Source: a virus
Direction: 5' to 3' (one strand)
UHGV virus genome: UHGV-0203854
DNA: 54,414 bases
The notes under the pieces were generated by a model. That model saw only the letters and a program-made list of their open reading frames with translations, was not told where the DNA came from and ran no database searches. This document shows positions 37,215 through 46,243 of this stretch, in pieces. The translations under genes were made by a program, and so were the position numbers. How positions within the stretch are numbered: position 1 is the first letter of the stretch; the number at the start of each line of letters is the position of its first letter.

Positions 37215-37787
37215 ATGAACGAAAAAGAATTAAAAATAAGTGCTAAAAATGCACGTAGAGCTTACAAGTATACTGATGGTAAAGGTAAGAAACTATTGGA
37301 AAGTCTTTTCGGAAAGGAAGTATTAATTTCAAATGATATTAGAGATGATATTCAAACTTTTGAAGATGCAATCGAAGTTCTTGGAGACCATAATCAGGCA
37401 GTTATAGACTATTATGCTATAACTGATGTAATAAGCGCAGAAAATCTTATCGCTTTATACCAACTTAGGGTAATTGCTGAAGCTCTCAACGAGGGATGGC
37501 GACCGAAGTTTAATAGTCAAGAGAGTCGTTTTCATTCTTGGTTTCGTATATATACCAAAAACGAATATGAGGCTCTCAGCGAAAATACAAAAAAATTGTG
37601 TCGTATTGTTAATCATTCACGTATTCATAGATTTCCATCTGACTGTTTTGCTTTTGCAAGTGAACAGGGCGCGGCAACACATTCATGCGTATACAGTGAG
37701 GCTGGCCTTGTCTTTAGAACAATAGACCTTGCTAACTATTGTGGAACACAGTTTATTGATATTTGGGAAAAATATCTCTTTGCTTAA
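37215..37787 (+). CDS. TFEDA/ALNEGW-family protein with VR-like C-terminal segment
   Basis: IQTFEDA..VLG, LRVIAEALNEGWRP and LA.YCGTQFIDIW motifs. Confidence 0.75.
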   Translation: MNEKELKISAKNARRAYKYTDGKGKKLLESLFGKEVLISNDIRDDIQTFEDAIEVLGDHNQAVIDYYAITDVISAENLIALYQLRVIAEALNEGWRPKFNSQESRFHSWFRIYTKNEYEALSENTKKLCRIVNHSRIHRFPSDCFAFASEQGAATHSCVYSEAGLVFRTIDLANYCGTQFIDIWEKYLFA

Positions 37788-37814
37788 AATAAAATAACAC
37801 AGAAGAATATAATT

Positions 37815-38426
37815 ATGGGAGTATTTCATTTTTCAGTATCAGGAGAGTTTATAACAAGATTTGCTCGTGAGAGGTTCTGTGAAACAGGCGATGTTCAAAC
37901 AGGGATAGATATTCTCATTAAAGCTTTCAGTGGATTTCCTAATGATTTGGCGAGGGAAGTCGTAAAAGGCAAGAAAAAGCTCGTAGGCATCAATGAGGTA
38001 ACTGTCGAAGATGATGATAAAGAAATCGAGCCTTACAGATGGATTAAGCCGAATGATATAAAAGAATGCTTATGCGGATGGATTTCCCCTGACGGCAAGG
38101 TATATGGATGTGAAGACTATACGGAGACTACAGAGCACACCACGATTGCAGAAGAACTCATCCTAAGTGAGAGAGTCCCAGATACAGAGATGAGTAATGA
38201 TAGGTCTGTCGAAGTGGCAGGGTATATCAAGTTTCAACCTCTCTTGATTGTAGCAGGGTGCAAACCTGCCTTAATTACTGAGGCTCAAAGAGAAAAGGTA
38301 ATCCTTTTCATGAAAAGCCACGCTCTCAGCTCTATTCAGATAGGTTGGAGTCTTAATAGATTTATCAAACTCGGAGAAATCAAAGCAATGGATTTATTGC
38401 AATTTGCTAATCATGTAACACATTAA
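37815..38426 (+). CDS. Hypothetical protein
   Basis: GWISPDGK.Y.C...H motif. Confidence 0.7.
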   Translation: MGVFHFSVSGEFITRFARERFCETGDVQTGIDILIKAFSGFPNDLAREVVKGKKKLVGINEVTVEDDDKEIEPYRWIKPNDIKECLCGWISPDGKVYGCEDYTETTEHTTIAEELILSERVPDTEMSNDRSVEVAGYIKFQPLLIVAGCKPALITEAQREKVILFMKSHALSSIQIGWSLNRFIKLGEIKAMDLLQFANHVTH

Positions 38427-38446
38427 TTAATAAACAAGTAAAGAAT

Positions 38447-38881
38447 ATGATTAAAAAAGGAGACGCATTTGTATGTATAGAAACTGTTGTAATGAATGAA
38501 AATCCGAATGATATAGGCTATGACAAAGGTCGCATATATTATAGCGAGAAAGATGGATGTATCACAGATAATCAGAAATTTGTAAAACATGTGTGGAATG
38601 AGAGTTTTCGTAGCTATTTTGTAAAATTGGAAGATAGAGAAATTGTACATAATGAAAGAGTTGAGCACCCCTCGCATTACACTTGGTTGCGGGAATTGTG
38701 CGGCATCGAGGTTATTGATATTACCCGCCATCTTAATTTTAATCTTGGCAATGTTATAAAGTATGTTTTGCGGTCAGGGCGCAAAGAGGAACAGGGCATC
38801 AGCGTAGACGATAAGGCTGTTGAGGATTTGAAAAAAGCGAGATTTTATTTAAATGATGAAATAAAAAAATTAGAAAAGTAA
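38447..38881 (+). CDS. DUF3310 (SaV-like) domain protein
   Basis: VEHPSHY, FNLGNVIKY..R.G.K and EDLKKARFYL motifs. Confidence 0.88.
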   Translation: MIKKGDAFVCIETVVMNENPNDIGYDKGRIYYSEKDGCITDNQKFVKHVWNESFRSYFVKLEDREIVHNERVEHPSHYTWLRELCGIEVIDITRHLNFNLGNVIKYVLRSGRKEEQGISVDDKAVEDLKKARFYLNDEIKKLEK

Positions 38882-38886
38882 ATAAC

Positions 38887-39297
38887 ATGGAAAATTTAGT
38901 ATCATTAAATGTTGATAAAAACATGCTGACAGCTGTCATTGAAAATCAAGTAAAGCTATTAATGGCAGAAGTATTGGGAGGAAAGGATAAAATCATTGAT
39001 AAAGTTATTTTAGAAACTTTAAAAACTAAAGTTAATAAAGATGGAGAACCAAGTGCGTATGGTAGCACAACTTTTTTAGAATACTTATTTGAAAATCAAA
39101 TAAGAGACACTATTAAAGAGGTAATTAAGGAAGAAATAAAAGAGCGTTCACTTTATATTAAAAAAGCAATAAAAAAGGCCCTACAACAAGAAAAAAATAC
39201 AAACAAGTTAGCAGATGCATTACTTGAAGGTTTTGGAAGTACCTTAGAAGATGCCTGGACTTCAACAATAAAAATTGATTTACAAAAAGTCCGATAG
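38887..39297 (+). CDS. Hypothetical protein
   Basis: Clean ORF. Confidence 0.7.
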   Translation: MENLVSLNVDKNMLTAVIENQVKLLMAEVLGGKDKIIDKVILETLKTKVNKDGEPSAYGSTTFLEYLFENQIRDTIKEVIKEEIKERSLYIKKAIKKALQQEKNTNKLADALLEGFGSTLEDAWTSTIKIDLQKVR

Positions 39298-39301
39298 AAC
39301 A

Positions 39302-39466
39302 ATGAAGAACACGTGCAGAATTTGCAAATACCGAGAAAGGTGGGAATGTGGGAGCAAGGTAATCTCGTATTGTAGTAAGAGACACAGCAATCGCACAGAC
39401 AACGGGTTGCTGAAAGTAAAATGCAATTTGCCTGCCTGTATGCTGTTTGAACAAGAAACAAAGTAA
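39302..39466 (+). CDS. Small Cys-rich (possible Zn-binding) protein
   Basis: CxxC...C...AC..F pattern. Confidence 0.6.
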   Translation: MKNTCRICKYRERWECGSKVISYCSKRHSNRTDNGLLKVKCNLPACMLFEQETK

Positions 39467-39469
39467 AAA

Positions 39470-40171
39470 ATGAACACTATGAAGAAGTATGAATTAACTG
39501 ACGAGACAAAACTCTATAATGGCAGGACTCTGCACCGCATTATCGCACTTCGTGATTTCGGCAATGTTAAAAAAGGTGACAAAGGCGGGTGGATTGAAAA
39601 AGAAAAAAACCTGTCGCATGATGGTTCTTGTTGGGTCTATGACAACGCACAAGTCTATGACAACGCATGGGTCTTTGACAACGCAAAAGTCTTTGACAAT
39701 GCGCAAGTCTATGGCAACGCATGGGCCTTTGGCAGCGCAAAAGTCTTGGGCAACGCATGGGCCTTTGGCAGCGCAAAGGTCTTTGACAAAGTGCAAATCT
39801 TTGACAAAGCACAAGTCTTTGACAAAGCACAAGTTAGTGGCAATTCAACAGTTTCTGGCAATTCGTATGTCGGTGGCAATGCACAAATCTGTGACAATTC
39901 AAAAGTTTATGACAATTCGCATGTCGGTGGCAATGCACAAATCTGTTACGACACAAAAATATTTAATAACGCAGACTACATAGTTTTCAAAAACTGGTGG
40001 TCAAGTGGACGTTATTTTACATGGACTCGTAGTAATAACATGTGGGCTGTGGGCTGTTTTTATGGCACTGGTGATGAGTTAATAAAAAAGGCTTATGCTG
40101 ACAGCGAGGACAAAGGTAAGCACTATGAGGAGATTGTGGAGTATGTTAATAAGTGTGTTTTAAAAAAATAA
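39470..40171 (+). CDS. Hexapeptide-repeat (left-handed beta-helix) protein
   Basis: KYELT...LHRI.ALRDFG.VK.GD.GGWIE.E.NL start, V.DNA.V repeats, W.VGCFYG end. Confidence 0.88.
   Translation: MNTMKKYELTDETKLYNGRTLHRIIALRDFGNVKKGDKGGWIEKEKNLSHDGSCWVYDNAQVYDNAWVFDNAKVFDNAQVYGNAWAFGSAKVLGNAWAFGSAKVFDKVQIFDKAQVFDKAQVSGNSTVSGNSYVGGNAQICDNSKVYDNSHVGGNAQICYDTKIFNNADYIVFKNWWSSGRYFTWTRSNNMWAVGCFYGTGDELIKKAYADSEDKGKHYEEIVEYVNKCVLKK
39635..39945 (+). repeat. 18-bp degenerate tandem repeats encoding hexapeptides
   Basis: GTCT(A/T)TG(A/G)CAACGCAnnn units. Confidence 0.85.
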
Positions 40172-40177
40172 AAAGTC

Positions 40178-40411
40178 ATGACAAAAGAACAGTATGATAA
40201 GGCAGCAGAAATATTAGTAAAGATAAGTCTTGTCAATGAGCAAATCTCAGTATTAGACATTATAGAAAATAATCCTGGTACTTATATTTCAGATGGGAAA
40301 GGACATATTTGTAATATTCCACCTGGAGTTTCAACTGAAATATTCAACCTCGTAAGAAAAGAATGTCAGAAGAAAAACAAAGCGTTAAAAAAAGAACTTG
40401 AAGAACTATGA
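40178..40411 (+). CDS. Hypothetical protein
   Basis: MT.EQY.KA...L.KELEEL pattern. Confidence 0.65.
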   Translation: MTKEQYDKAAEILVKISLVNEQISVLDIIENNPGTYISDGKGHICNIPPGVSTEIFNLVRKECQKKNKALKKELEEL

Positions 40412-40415
40412 GAAA

Positions 40416-41822
40416 ATGAAAAAAATAATTATGAGTATCAAAAAATTTATTGAGGGTCTTTTTAGCAAAGACAAGAGAACTCATGTGCTGACTTATGACG
40501 AGTTGGTCAAGGCTCTTAATGAGGGCAAGAAAGATATTGTGCTTGACAAGGACATCAGTTGTGCCGCCCCCTTGCAGATTGACAGCGAGGTCACTATCGA
40601 CGGTGACGGGCATAGAATCTTTTGCAGGCAGGAGCGTCATGTGTTTGCGCTTAACGAAGATACGTTTTGCTCTTCGTTGCGTCTTGCAGAGTCGAGGGTG
40701 GAGCATGAGGACGGGACAGAGGTAAAGATGTCGGAAAAAGGAGCTGGTGTGTTCAGGATAGCAACACTTCTCTCAAAAAAAGAGGTGGAAAGACATCAGT
40801 ATATCAATTTTTCGTGCGGTTGGACCGCATACACGTTGCCAATTGTAAAATACGACAATGGGTATATTTATTTTTGGTCTTACGGCACGGACTATTGCGT
40901 GGATTTTGATTGGTATCAGGGCAACAGTAAAAAATTTAGTGAATATCGGTTAATTTATTGTGGCGAAAGACAATACAGCAAGTACATTCTGTCTTTGGCG
41001 TCGAGGGCGAATGTTGAGATGAAAAATGTTGGTTTGCGTGGTGGTATAACTGTTTGTTCTATGGCAAATCTCCGACTTGATGAATGTAACGTGTTGTACT
41101 GCACGGAGTCTGGCATAAATGCACATTATAAATCTAATGTGGTTGTTATAGGCTGCTATTTTTATAAAACGTGGAAATCTGCAATAAAATCTAAGGGTAG
41201 TATCTATGTGCGTGACACTGATTTTTTCGACGTTAATCAAGGGAGGCAGAATACGGGGGCTATTGATTGCGAGGGTGATACCGTTGTAATTGATACTAAG
41301 TTGTGCAATTATGGCAGTTTTGGCATCAGGGTTGGCAAGGTTAAGGCTTTGTTTAAAGAGGAATGTCCGAGTGTGCAGGTTATAAGTAACACTTTAGTTA
41401 CATCATCCATTAATCAGGGTGCTGTGACAGATACGGGTGCGATATATCTTGCCGCTAATAGCAGCTTCGCAACAATAAAAAATAACTTTATTGGTGGGTA
41501 CGAGGGTAGAGGTAATAATCATGCGATTTATTGCGATGACGGTGCTTATAACTTCGAGATATCTGGCAACAGGGTTAAAGACTGCCTGACAGGTTATGCT
41601 ATTTCGAGCAGATGCGCCGACCCGTCAAAGACTCTGAGAGGTTACGCGGGAGGAGTGCCAAACACCAACCGACTGATTGCCGATAATTATTGTGAGAGTG
41701 GCGTGTGGTTCGGTGGCAATGCCGAGGTTGCAGATAATAAGTGCGTGTATAAAAACAACAAAGTACTCGAAAACACAAAGTATAAAACGAAGTTATCTGA
41801 TGTAAAAATTATAAACGATTGA
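40416..41822 (+). CDS. Right-handed beta-helix (pectin lyase-like) protein
   Basis: IVLDKDI...VTIDGDGHRI cap; DTGAIY and AIYCDDGAYNFEISGN repeats. Confidence 0.75.
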   Translation: MKKIIMSIKKFIEGLFSKDKRTHVLTYDELVKALNEGKKDIVLDKDISCAAPLQIDSEVTIDGDGHRIFCRQERHVFALNEDTFCSSLRLAESRVEHEDGTEVKMSEKGAGVFRIATLLSKKEVERHQYINFSCGWTAYTLPIVKYDNGYIYFWSYGTDYCVDFDWYQGNSKKFSEYRLIYCGERQYSKYILSLASRANVEMKNVGLRGGITVCSMANLRLDECNVLYCTESGINAHYKSNVVVIGCYFYKTWKSAIKSKGSIYVRDTDFFDVNQGRQNTGAIDCEGDTVVIDTKLCNYGSFGIRVGKVKALFKEECPSVQVISNTLVTSSINQGAVTDTGAIYLAANSSFATIKNNFIGGYEGRGNNHAIYCDDGAYNFEISGNRVKDCLTGYAISSRCADPSKTLRGYAGGVPNTNRLIADNYCESGVWFGGNAEVADNKCVYKNNKVLENTKYKTKLSDVKIIND

Positions 41823-41825
41823 AAA

Positions 41826-42476
41826 ATGGAAACAAGAAATATTAAAATTGATATTCAGACCGCAAAAGATTGGTATTATAGTAAATATGAAATTCTTAAA
41901 GAATTGGCTCTTAAAGTCTTTTCTGCCAAAGAACTTGAATATAATTTTTGGTCAATAAGAACATTTGAAGACGCATGTAAAGTACTTAAACTTGATTGTG
42001 GCTCACTGAAAATCTATATGGAGACTCTATCTAGGGGATATAGTAAGGCTTCTGTTGCAATGTTTAAGCTCAATATCATCAGGAAAGCACTTAATTTAGG
42101 GCAGGATTTGCATCTTGCAAGAGACCCAAAGGATTCTTACACTTGTTATCCTTATAATCCATTCGTTACAATGACATCTACCCATTACAGGCAGGAGCTT
42201 AATTCCGGTAAAATAGAGGTGATAGGTAAAATTAGAAGTGAAGGAAAAGAATATCAGGTTCTTGGTGGCAGCTTTGTTTATGGTGGTAATGATGGCTTAG
42301 GTAACTTTTCCTCCTTTCTTGGTGTGGGTGCTGCTTCTGCTAATATTGGTTTTTTAGGTTGTGCAAGCAAAGAAATTGCGCAACATTTTGGGAAATATTT
42401 CGGGATGCTCATTACTGAAGCTAAGTATGGAGACATGGTAGATTTTGAAGTTATAGACAGTAAATATCCTAACTAA
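41826..42476 (+). CDS. TFEDAC-family protein with C-type-lectin/VR-like C-terminus
   Basis: IRTFEDACKVL, KLNIIRKALN and GG...GG..GLG.F.S..GVG.A.ANIGF motifs. Confidence 0.75.
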   Translation: METRNIKIDIQTAKDWYYSKYEILKELALKVFSAKELEYNFWSIRTFEDACKVLKLDCGSLKIYMETLSRGYSKASVAMFKLNIIRKALNLGQDLHLARDPKDSYTCYPYNPFVTMTSTHYRQELNSGKIEVIGKIRSEGKEYQVLGGSFVYGGNDGLGNFSSFLGVGAASANIGFLGCASKEIAQHFGKYFGMLITEAKYGDMVDFEVIDSKYPN

Positions 42477-42484
42477 AAAATAAT

Positions 42485-42679
42485 ATGAAAACAAGAGAAA
42501 TCGCAGAGCTAATTTTTTTAACGAATGTACTAAACGCAGCGAAATACACTGAACGCACACAAGATGGCCCGACAATCTTAGCTGCAAGGGATGGAAATAA
42601 TTATGATTTAGAAAAAATTGGACAACGAGCAAAAGAACTTCTTGCAAAGTTTATGAAACCTTATAAAATAAAAAACTAA
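42485..42679 (+). CDS. Hypothetical protein
   Basis: Short co-oriented ORF. Confidence 0.55.
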   Translation: MKTREIAELIFLTNVLNAAKYTERTQDGPTILAARDGNNYDLEKIGQRAKELLAKFMKPYKIKN

Positions 42680-42684
42680 CCATC

Positions 42685-43125
42685 ATGGCACAACTCACAC
42701 TCAAACAACAATACGAAGCCATTTGCCACAAATACGAATGTCAATTTTGCAAGCTTACTGGCAAGCAAGGCGAATGGACTGCCGATTACTCCGTCTGGAT
42801 AACCGAATATGAAGCCTATTCCTTTGACGAAGTCCGCTATGTTGTTGACCACGCAACGGAACTCACAACAAAATACAAAAACCTATCCGAAGAACTCTAC
42901 AAATGGGTAGAGTACAACATCTTCGCCTATGAACACAAATTTAACTGTATCAACCTGAAATCATGGCTCAGTGGCGCACCACGAATGTCAGAAGAAGACA
43001 TGCAGAAAATAAAAAACCTGCGAGCCAAAATGCAAAAGGAAGCAGACGATTTAGTTGAAAAATATGGCGAACTTATCGAAACACCCTCGTGGGTAACTAA
43101 CAATCTCAACACTAAACAAAAATGA
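42685..43125 (+). CDS. Phage hypothetical protein
   Basis: YE.IC..Y...FC and INLKSWL.GAPR motifs. Confidence 0.7.
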   Translation: MAQLTLKQQYEAICHKYECQFCKLTGKQGEWTADYSVWITEYEAYSFDEVRYVVDHATELTTKYKNLSEELYKWVEYNIFAYEHKFNCINLKSWLSGAPRMSEEDMQKIKNLRAKMQKEADDLVEKYGELIETPSWVTNNLNTKQK

Positions 43126-43316
43126 AAATATTAATACAAGGCGCACAGCCCATCGCCACATGCAAAGTCTGCGATACTAAATTCCAATACAACCGAACCG
43201 ATACACACAACTTCTGCCGCAAACGCTTTCACGGACTCATCAGCCAACAAGTGACATTTGTCTACTGCCCGTGTTGCGAATACCCCGTAGAAGTCAAACA
43301 CCAGAAATACCTATAA
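43122..43316 (+). CDS. Zinc-ribbon protein
   Basis: CKVCDTKFQY...D...V.CPCC. Confidence 0.7.
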   Translation: MKILIQGAQPIATCKVCDTKFQYNRTDTHNFCRKRFHGLISQQVTFVYCPCCEYPVEVKHQKYL

Positions 43317-43792
43317 TGGCAGATGTTATTATTGCAATAGACCCTGACGTTGACAAGAACGGAGTAGCATTGCTTAATGTTAAAACTAAGCAGCTTGTAG
43401 TTAAGACGCTGACATTCGCTCCAACACTTGATTATGTTGAAGTTGCGCACGCAAAAGCGAAAATGCAAAAACAAAATTTTCTTGTAGTTGTTGAAGGTGG
43501 TTGGCTAAATCATAGCCATTGGCACATTAACAGAGACCGTTCACGGTTTCATGCGGCTGCTATAGGTAATGCAGTTGGCCGTAATCACGAAACAGGCATA
43601 CACTTATGCGAAGTATTTAAATACAAAGGTATTCCGCTTGTTATAAGACCGCCATTGCGCAAGTGTTGGAAAGGTCATGACCGTAAGATAACAGCAGAAG
43701 AATTAAACAGCATAACAAAACAGAACATTAGAACAAACCAAGAAGGGCGTGATGCTGTTTTACTTGCATGGACTGAGGCGTATTCACGTTAA
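43316..43792 (+). CDS. RuvC-like Holliday junction resolvase
   Basis: IIAIDPD...GVA, VVVE and E.RDA.LL catalytic pattern. Confidence 0.75.
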   Translation: MADVIIAIDPDVDKNGVALLNVKTKQLVVKTLTFAPTLDYVEVAHAKAKMQKQNFLVVVEGGWLNHSHWHINRDRSRFHAAAIGNAVGRNHETGIHLCEVFKYKGIPLVIRPPLRKCWKGHDRKITAEELNSITKQNIRTNQEGRDAVLLAWTEAYSR

Positions 43793-43906
43793 ATTAACAG
43801 ACGAGTGTTATATTATAGCATTCGTATTTTTTGCAGAACATCAACTAAAATAGCGTATTTAGGTAACTTTTCGGCCTGTTTTTCTTGTTTTTATGTATTA
43901 TTTAGT

Positions 43907-43914
43907 TACTTTTG
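43907..43914 (+). promoter_or_regulatory. -7 promoter element for the packaging operon
   Basis: TACTTTTG with TTG 19 nt upstream. Confidence 0.65.
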
Positions 43915-43939
43915 TAGAAGTTTAAAAATATAAAAGATT

Positions 43940-44596
43940 ATGAAGACAGCACAAGTTAAATTATCACAGCTTGCAGTTAATGCTGAAAATCCTCGAACTA
44001 TTTCGGGTGAAAAATTCCAATTACTAACTAAGTCGATTTTGGTATTCCCGAAAATGCTTGAATTGCGCCCTGTTGTAGTAAGTAAGACAATGATGGTTTT
44101 AGGCGGAAACATGCGCACAAACGCATTAAACGAGATTGCGAAAATGAGCAAGGAAGCATTGATTGCAATGTTGGAAGACACCCGAGACTATCAGAAATTG
44201 ACCGACACAGCAAAGCAAGGCCTTGTAGACTATTGGTGCAAATGGCAAAAAAATCCTGTTGCGACAATCGTTAATGCAGACGATTTAACTAAAGACGAGG
44301 TTAAACAATTTGTTATCAAAGATAATGCTTCGTTTGGTACGTGGAATTATGATAAATTGACAGAAAAGTGGGACAGCTCAGACCTTAACGATTGGGGTAT
44401 AGATATGCTAAATGATGAAACGACAAGCGAAGGAGAACGTGAGCAAGCAGAAAATCCGAGACAAGACAAAGATTTATCTGACAGCATAGAAGATGCCTTT
44501 AGAATTGAAGTCGTTATGAATAACGAAACAGAGCAGGAAGAATTATATAACCGATTAACAGAGGAGGGATTTGCATGCCGAATTTTGACATTATAA
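43940..44596 (+). CDS. ParB/Srx-like N-terminal domain protein
   Basis: N.ENPRTI, FPKMLELRPVVV, LGGNMR and IKDN..FG.W motifs. Confidence 0.85.
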   Translation: MKTAQVKLSQLAVNAENPRTISGEKFQLLTKSILVFPKMLELRPVVVSKTMMVLGGNMRTNALNEIAKMSKEALIAMLEDTRDYQKLTDTAKQGLVDYWCKWQKNPVATIVNADDLTKDEVKQFVIKDNASFGTWNYDKLTEKWDSSDLNDWGIDMLNDETTSEGEREQAENPRQDKDLSDSIEDAFRIEVVMNNETEQEELYNRLTEEGFACRILTL

Positions 44597-45270
44597 GGAA
44601 GTCCGAGCCAAAAGAAACGTTTCGTGTTAAATCTGTCATGGGTACATACGACTTGCAAAGCAATTCTGTTGAGGAGCATTTTGTCGGGAGCATTGATTTG
44701 CCCGAGACGTGGAACGTTGGATTAATTGTCGGCAGAAGTGGAAGCGGAAAAACAACGATAGCAAAAGAATTGTTTTCTGATGCGCTGATTGAGAAATACG
44801 ATTATACGCACGAGTCAATTTTGGACGATATGCCAAAAGATGCGAGTGTAAAGGAAATCACGTTGGCGTTGACAAGCGTGGGGTTTGCGTCACCGCCAAG
44901 CTGGCTGAAACCATACAGCGTATTATCTAATGGCGAGAAAATGCGTTGTGATATTGCAAGAGGTATTTTAGAAAAACATGAAGTTTTTGCTTTTGACGAG
45001 TTTACATCTGTTGTTGACCGCACAGTGGCAAAGGTTTCTTCTTTCGCTATACAGAAAGCTTTGCGCAAGCAAAATCGTAAGTTCATTGCTATCACGTGCC
45101 ATTATGACGTTGAAGATTGGTTAATGCCCGATTGGGTCTTTAACACGGACGATTTCACCTTCAAAACTTACGATATTTCAAAAAAAAAAGACCAGACATC
45201 AAGCTCGCCATATACAACACTAAAGAAAAGCAATATTATTGGCGAATATTCAGGAAGTATCATTATTTAA
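44575..45270 (+). CDS. ABC-type ATPase (N-terminal part of an ATPase-GNAT fusion)
   Basis: Walker A GRSGSGKTT, signature LSNGEKMR, Walker B AFDEFTSVVDR, H-loop TCH. Confidence 0.9.
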   Translation: MPNFDIIRKSEPKETFRVKSVMGTYDLQSNSVEEHFVGSIDLPETWNVGLIVGRSGSGKTTIAKELFSDALIEKYDYTHESILDDMPKDASVKEITLALTSVGFASPPSWLKPYSVLSNGEKMRCDIARGILEKHEVFAFDEFTSVVDRTVAKVSSFAIQKALRKQNRKFIAITCHYDVEDWLMPDWVFNTDDFTFKTYDISKKKDQTSSSPYTTLKKSNIIGEYSGSIII

Positions 45271-45674
45271 GTCACAATTTCAACAATGCGGCGAAATGCT
45301 TTGTCTGCACGTGCAATGGGGAATTGGCGGCTTTTAGTGCATCGTTGCCTTTCGCACACCCAAAGAAGAAAAACACATGGAAAGAACATAGGCTTGTTGT
45401 TTTGCCCGATTTCCAAGGAATAGGCATTGGGACAACGCTAAGTAATTGGGTTGCTGAATATTTCTCCAAGCAAGGCAAATCGTATATAACAACAACATCT
45501 AATCCTGCAAGAATACATGGATTAAAGAACAGCAAATTATGGAGATGCACACACATCGGCAGATGTTCTAAAGGAAGCCGTACAGGCATAATACAGAACA
45601 GGTTCGCAGGAGTGCATAATTCTTCATCGTACAACAGAATTACAGCGAGTTTTGAATATATAAAGAATAAATAA
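45186..45674 (+). CDS. GNAT acetyltransferase domain in the -1 frame, reached via the A10 run
   Basis: The -1 frame is open from the A-run: KRPDIKL...WRIFRKYHYL...RLVVLPDFQGIGIG...TSNP; no ATG start of its own. Confidence 0.85.
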   Translation, partial: KRPDIKLAIYNTKEKQYYWRIFRKYHYLSHNFNNAAKCFVCTCNGELAAFSASLPFAHPKKKNTWKEHRLVVLPDFQGIGIGTTLSNWVAEYFSKQGKSYITTTSNPARIHGLKNSKLWRCTHIGRCSKGSRTGIIQNRFAGVHNSSSYNRITASFEYIKNK

Positions 45675-45676
45675 TT

Positions 45677-46243
45677 ATGGCAAAAGAAAAAAACACATAC
45701 AGAAAAAAACGAGGACGAGCAGAAATAAGGCGTACTATTGTAGCTGAACTTAAAATGAAAGATTACACCTACAGAGAAATACAAGCAGAAGTTATGAAAC
45801 GCCTTGACTTGAAGACATACGGTTTAAAAACAGTACATACAGATGTGCAAGCTTTGTTGGAAGAATGGCGCAAAGAACGAATTGAAAACACAAATGATGC
45901 TGTTGAGCTTATGCTAAAACGTAATAGTTGCATACGACAAGAAGCGCAAGAAATGTGGGAAAAGTCCAAAGAGGATTACGTAAAGCGCAAGAACAAAAAA
46001 GCAGGTCGGTTTCTTGGCAAAAATGGCAATGGACAAAATGCGATTGACACAGACAAAATAGAAGAAAGCAAAGAAGAAATTAGGGCTAAAGGTGACCCAC
46101 GCTATTTGGAGATAATGCAAAAAGCCAACCAAGAGGAAGCAAAGCTGCTTGGTTTGTACGCTCCAGAGAAGATTGAACATGATGGGGAAATAACATTTGC
46201 AAGCCTTCTAAAAGAGTCAAGCTGGATTGGTAGAGAAGAATAA
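45677..46243 (+). CDS. terS: Terminase small subunit (putative)
   Basis: N-terminal HTH, GDPRYL and KLLGLYAPEK motifs; directly upstream of TerL. Confidence 0.7.
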   Translation: MAKEKNTYRKKRGRAEIRRTIVAELKMKDYTYREIQAEVMKRLDLKTYGLKTVHTDVQALLEEWRKERIENTNDAVELMLKRNSCIRQEAQEMWEKSKEDYVKRKNKKAGRFLGKNGNGQNAIDTDKIEESKEEIRAKGDPRYLEIMQKANQEEAKLLGLYAPEKIEHDGEITFASLLKESSWIGREE

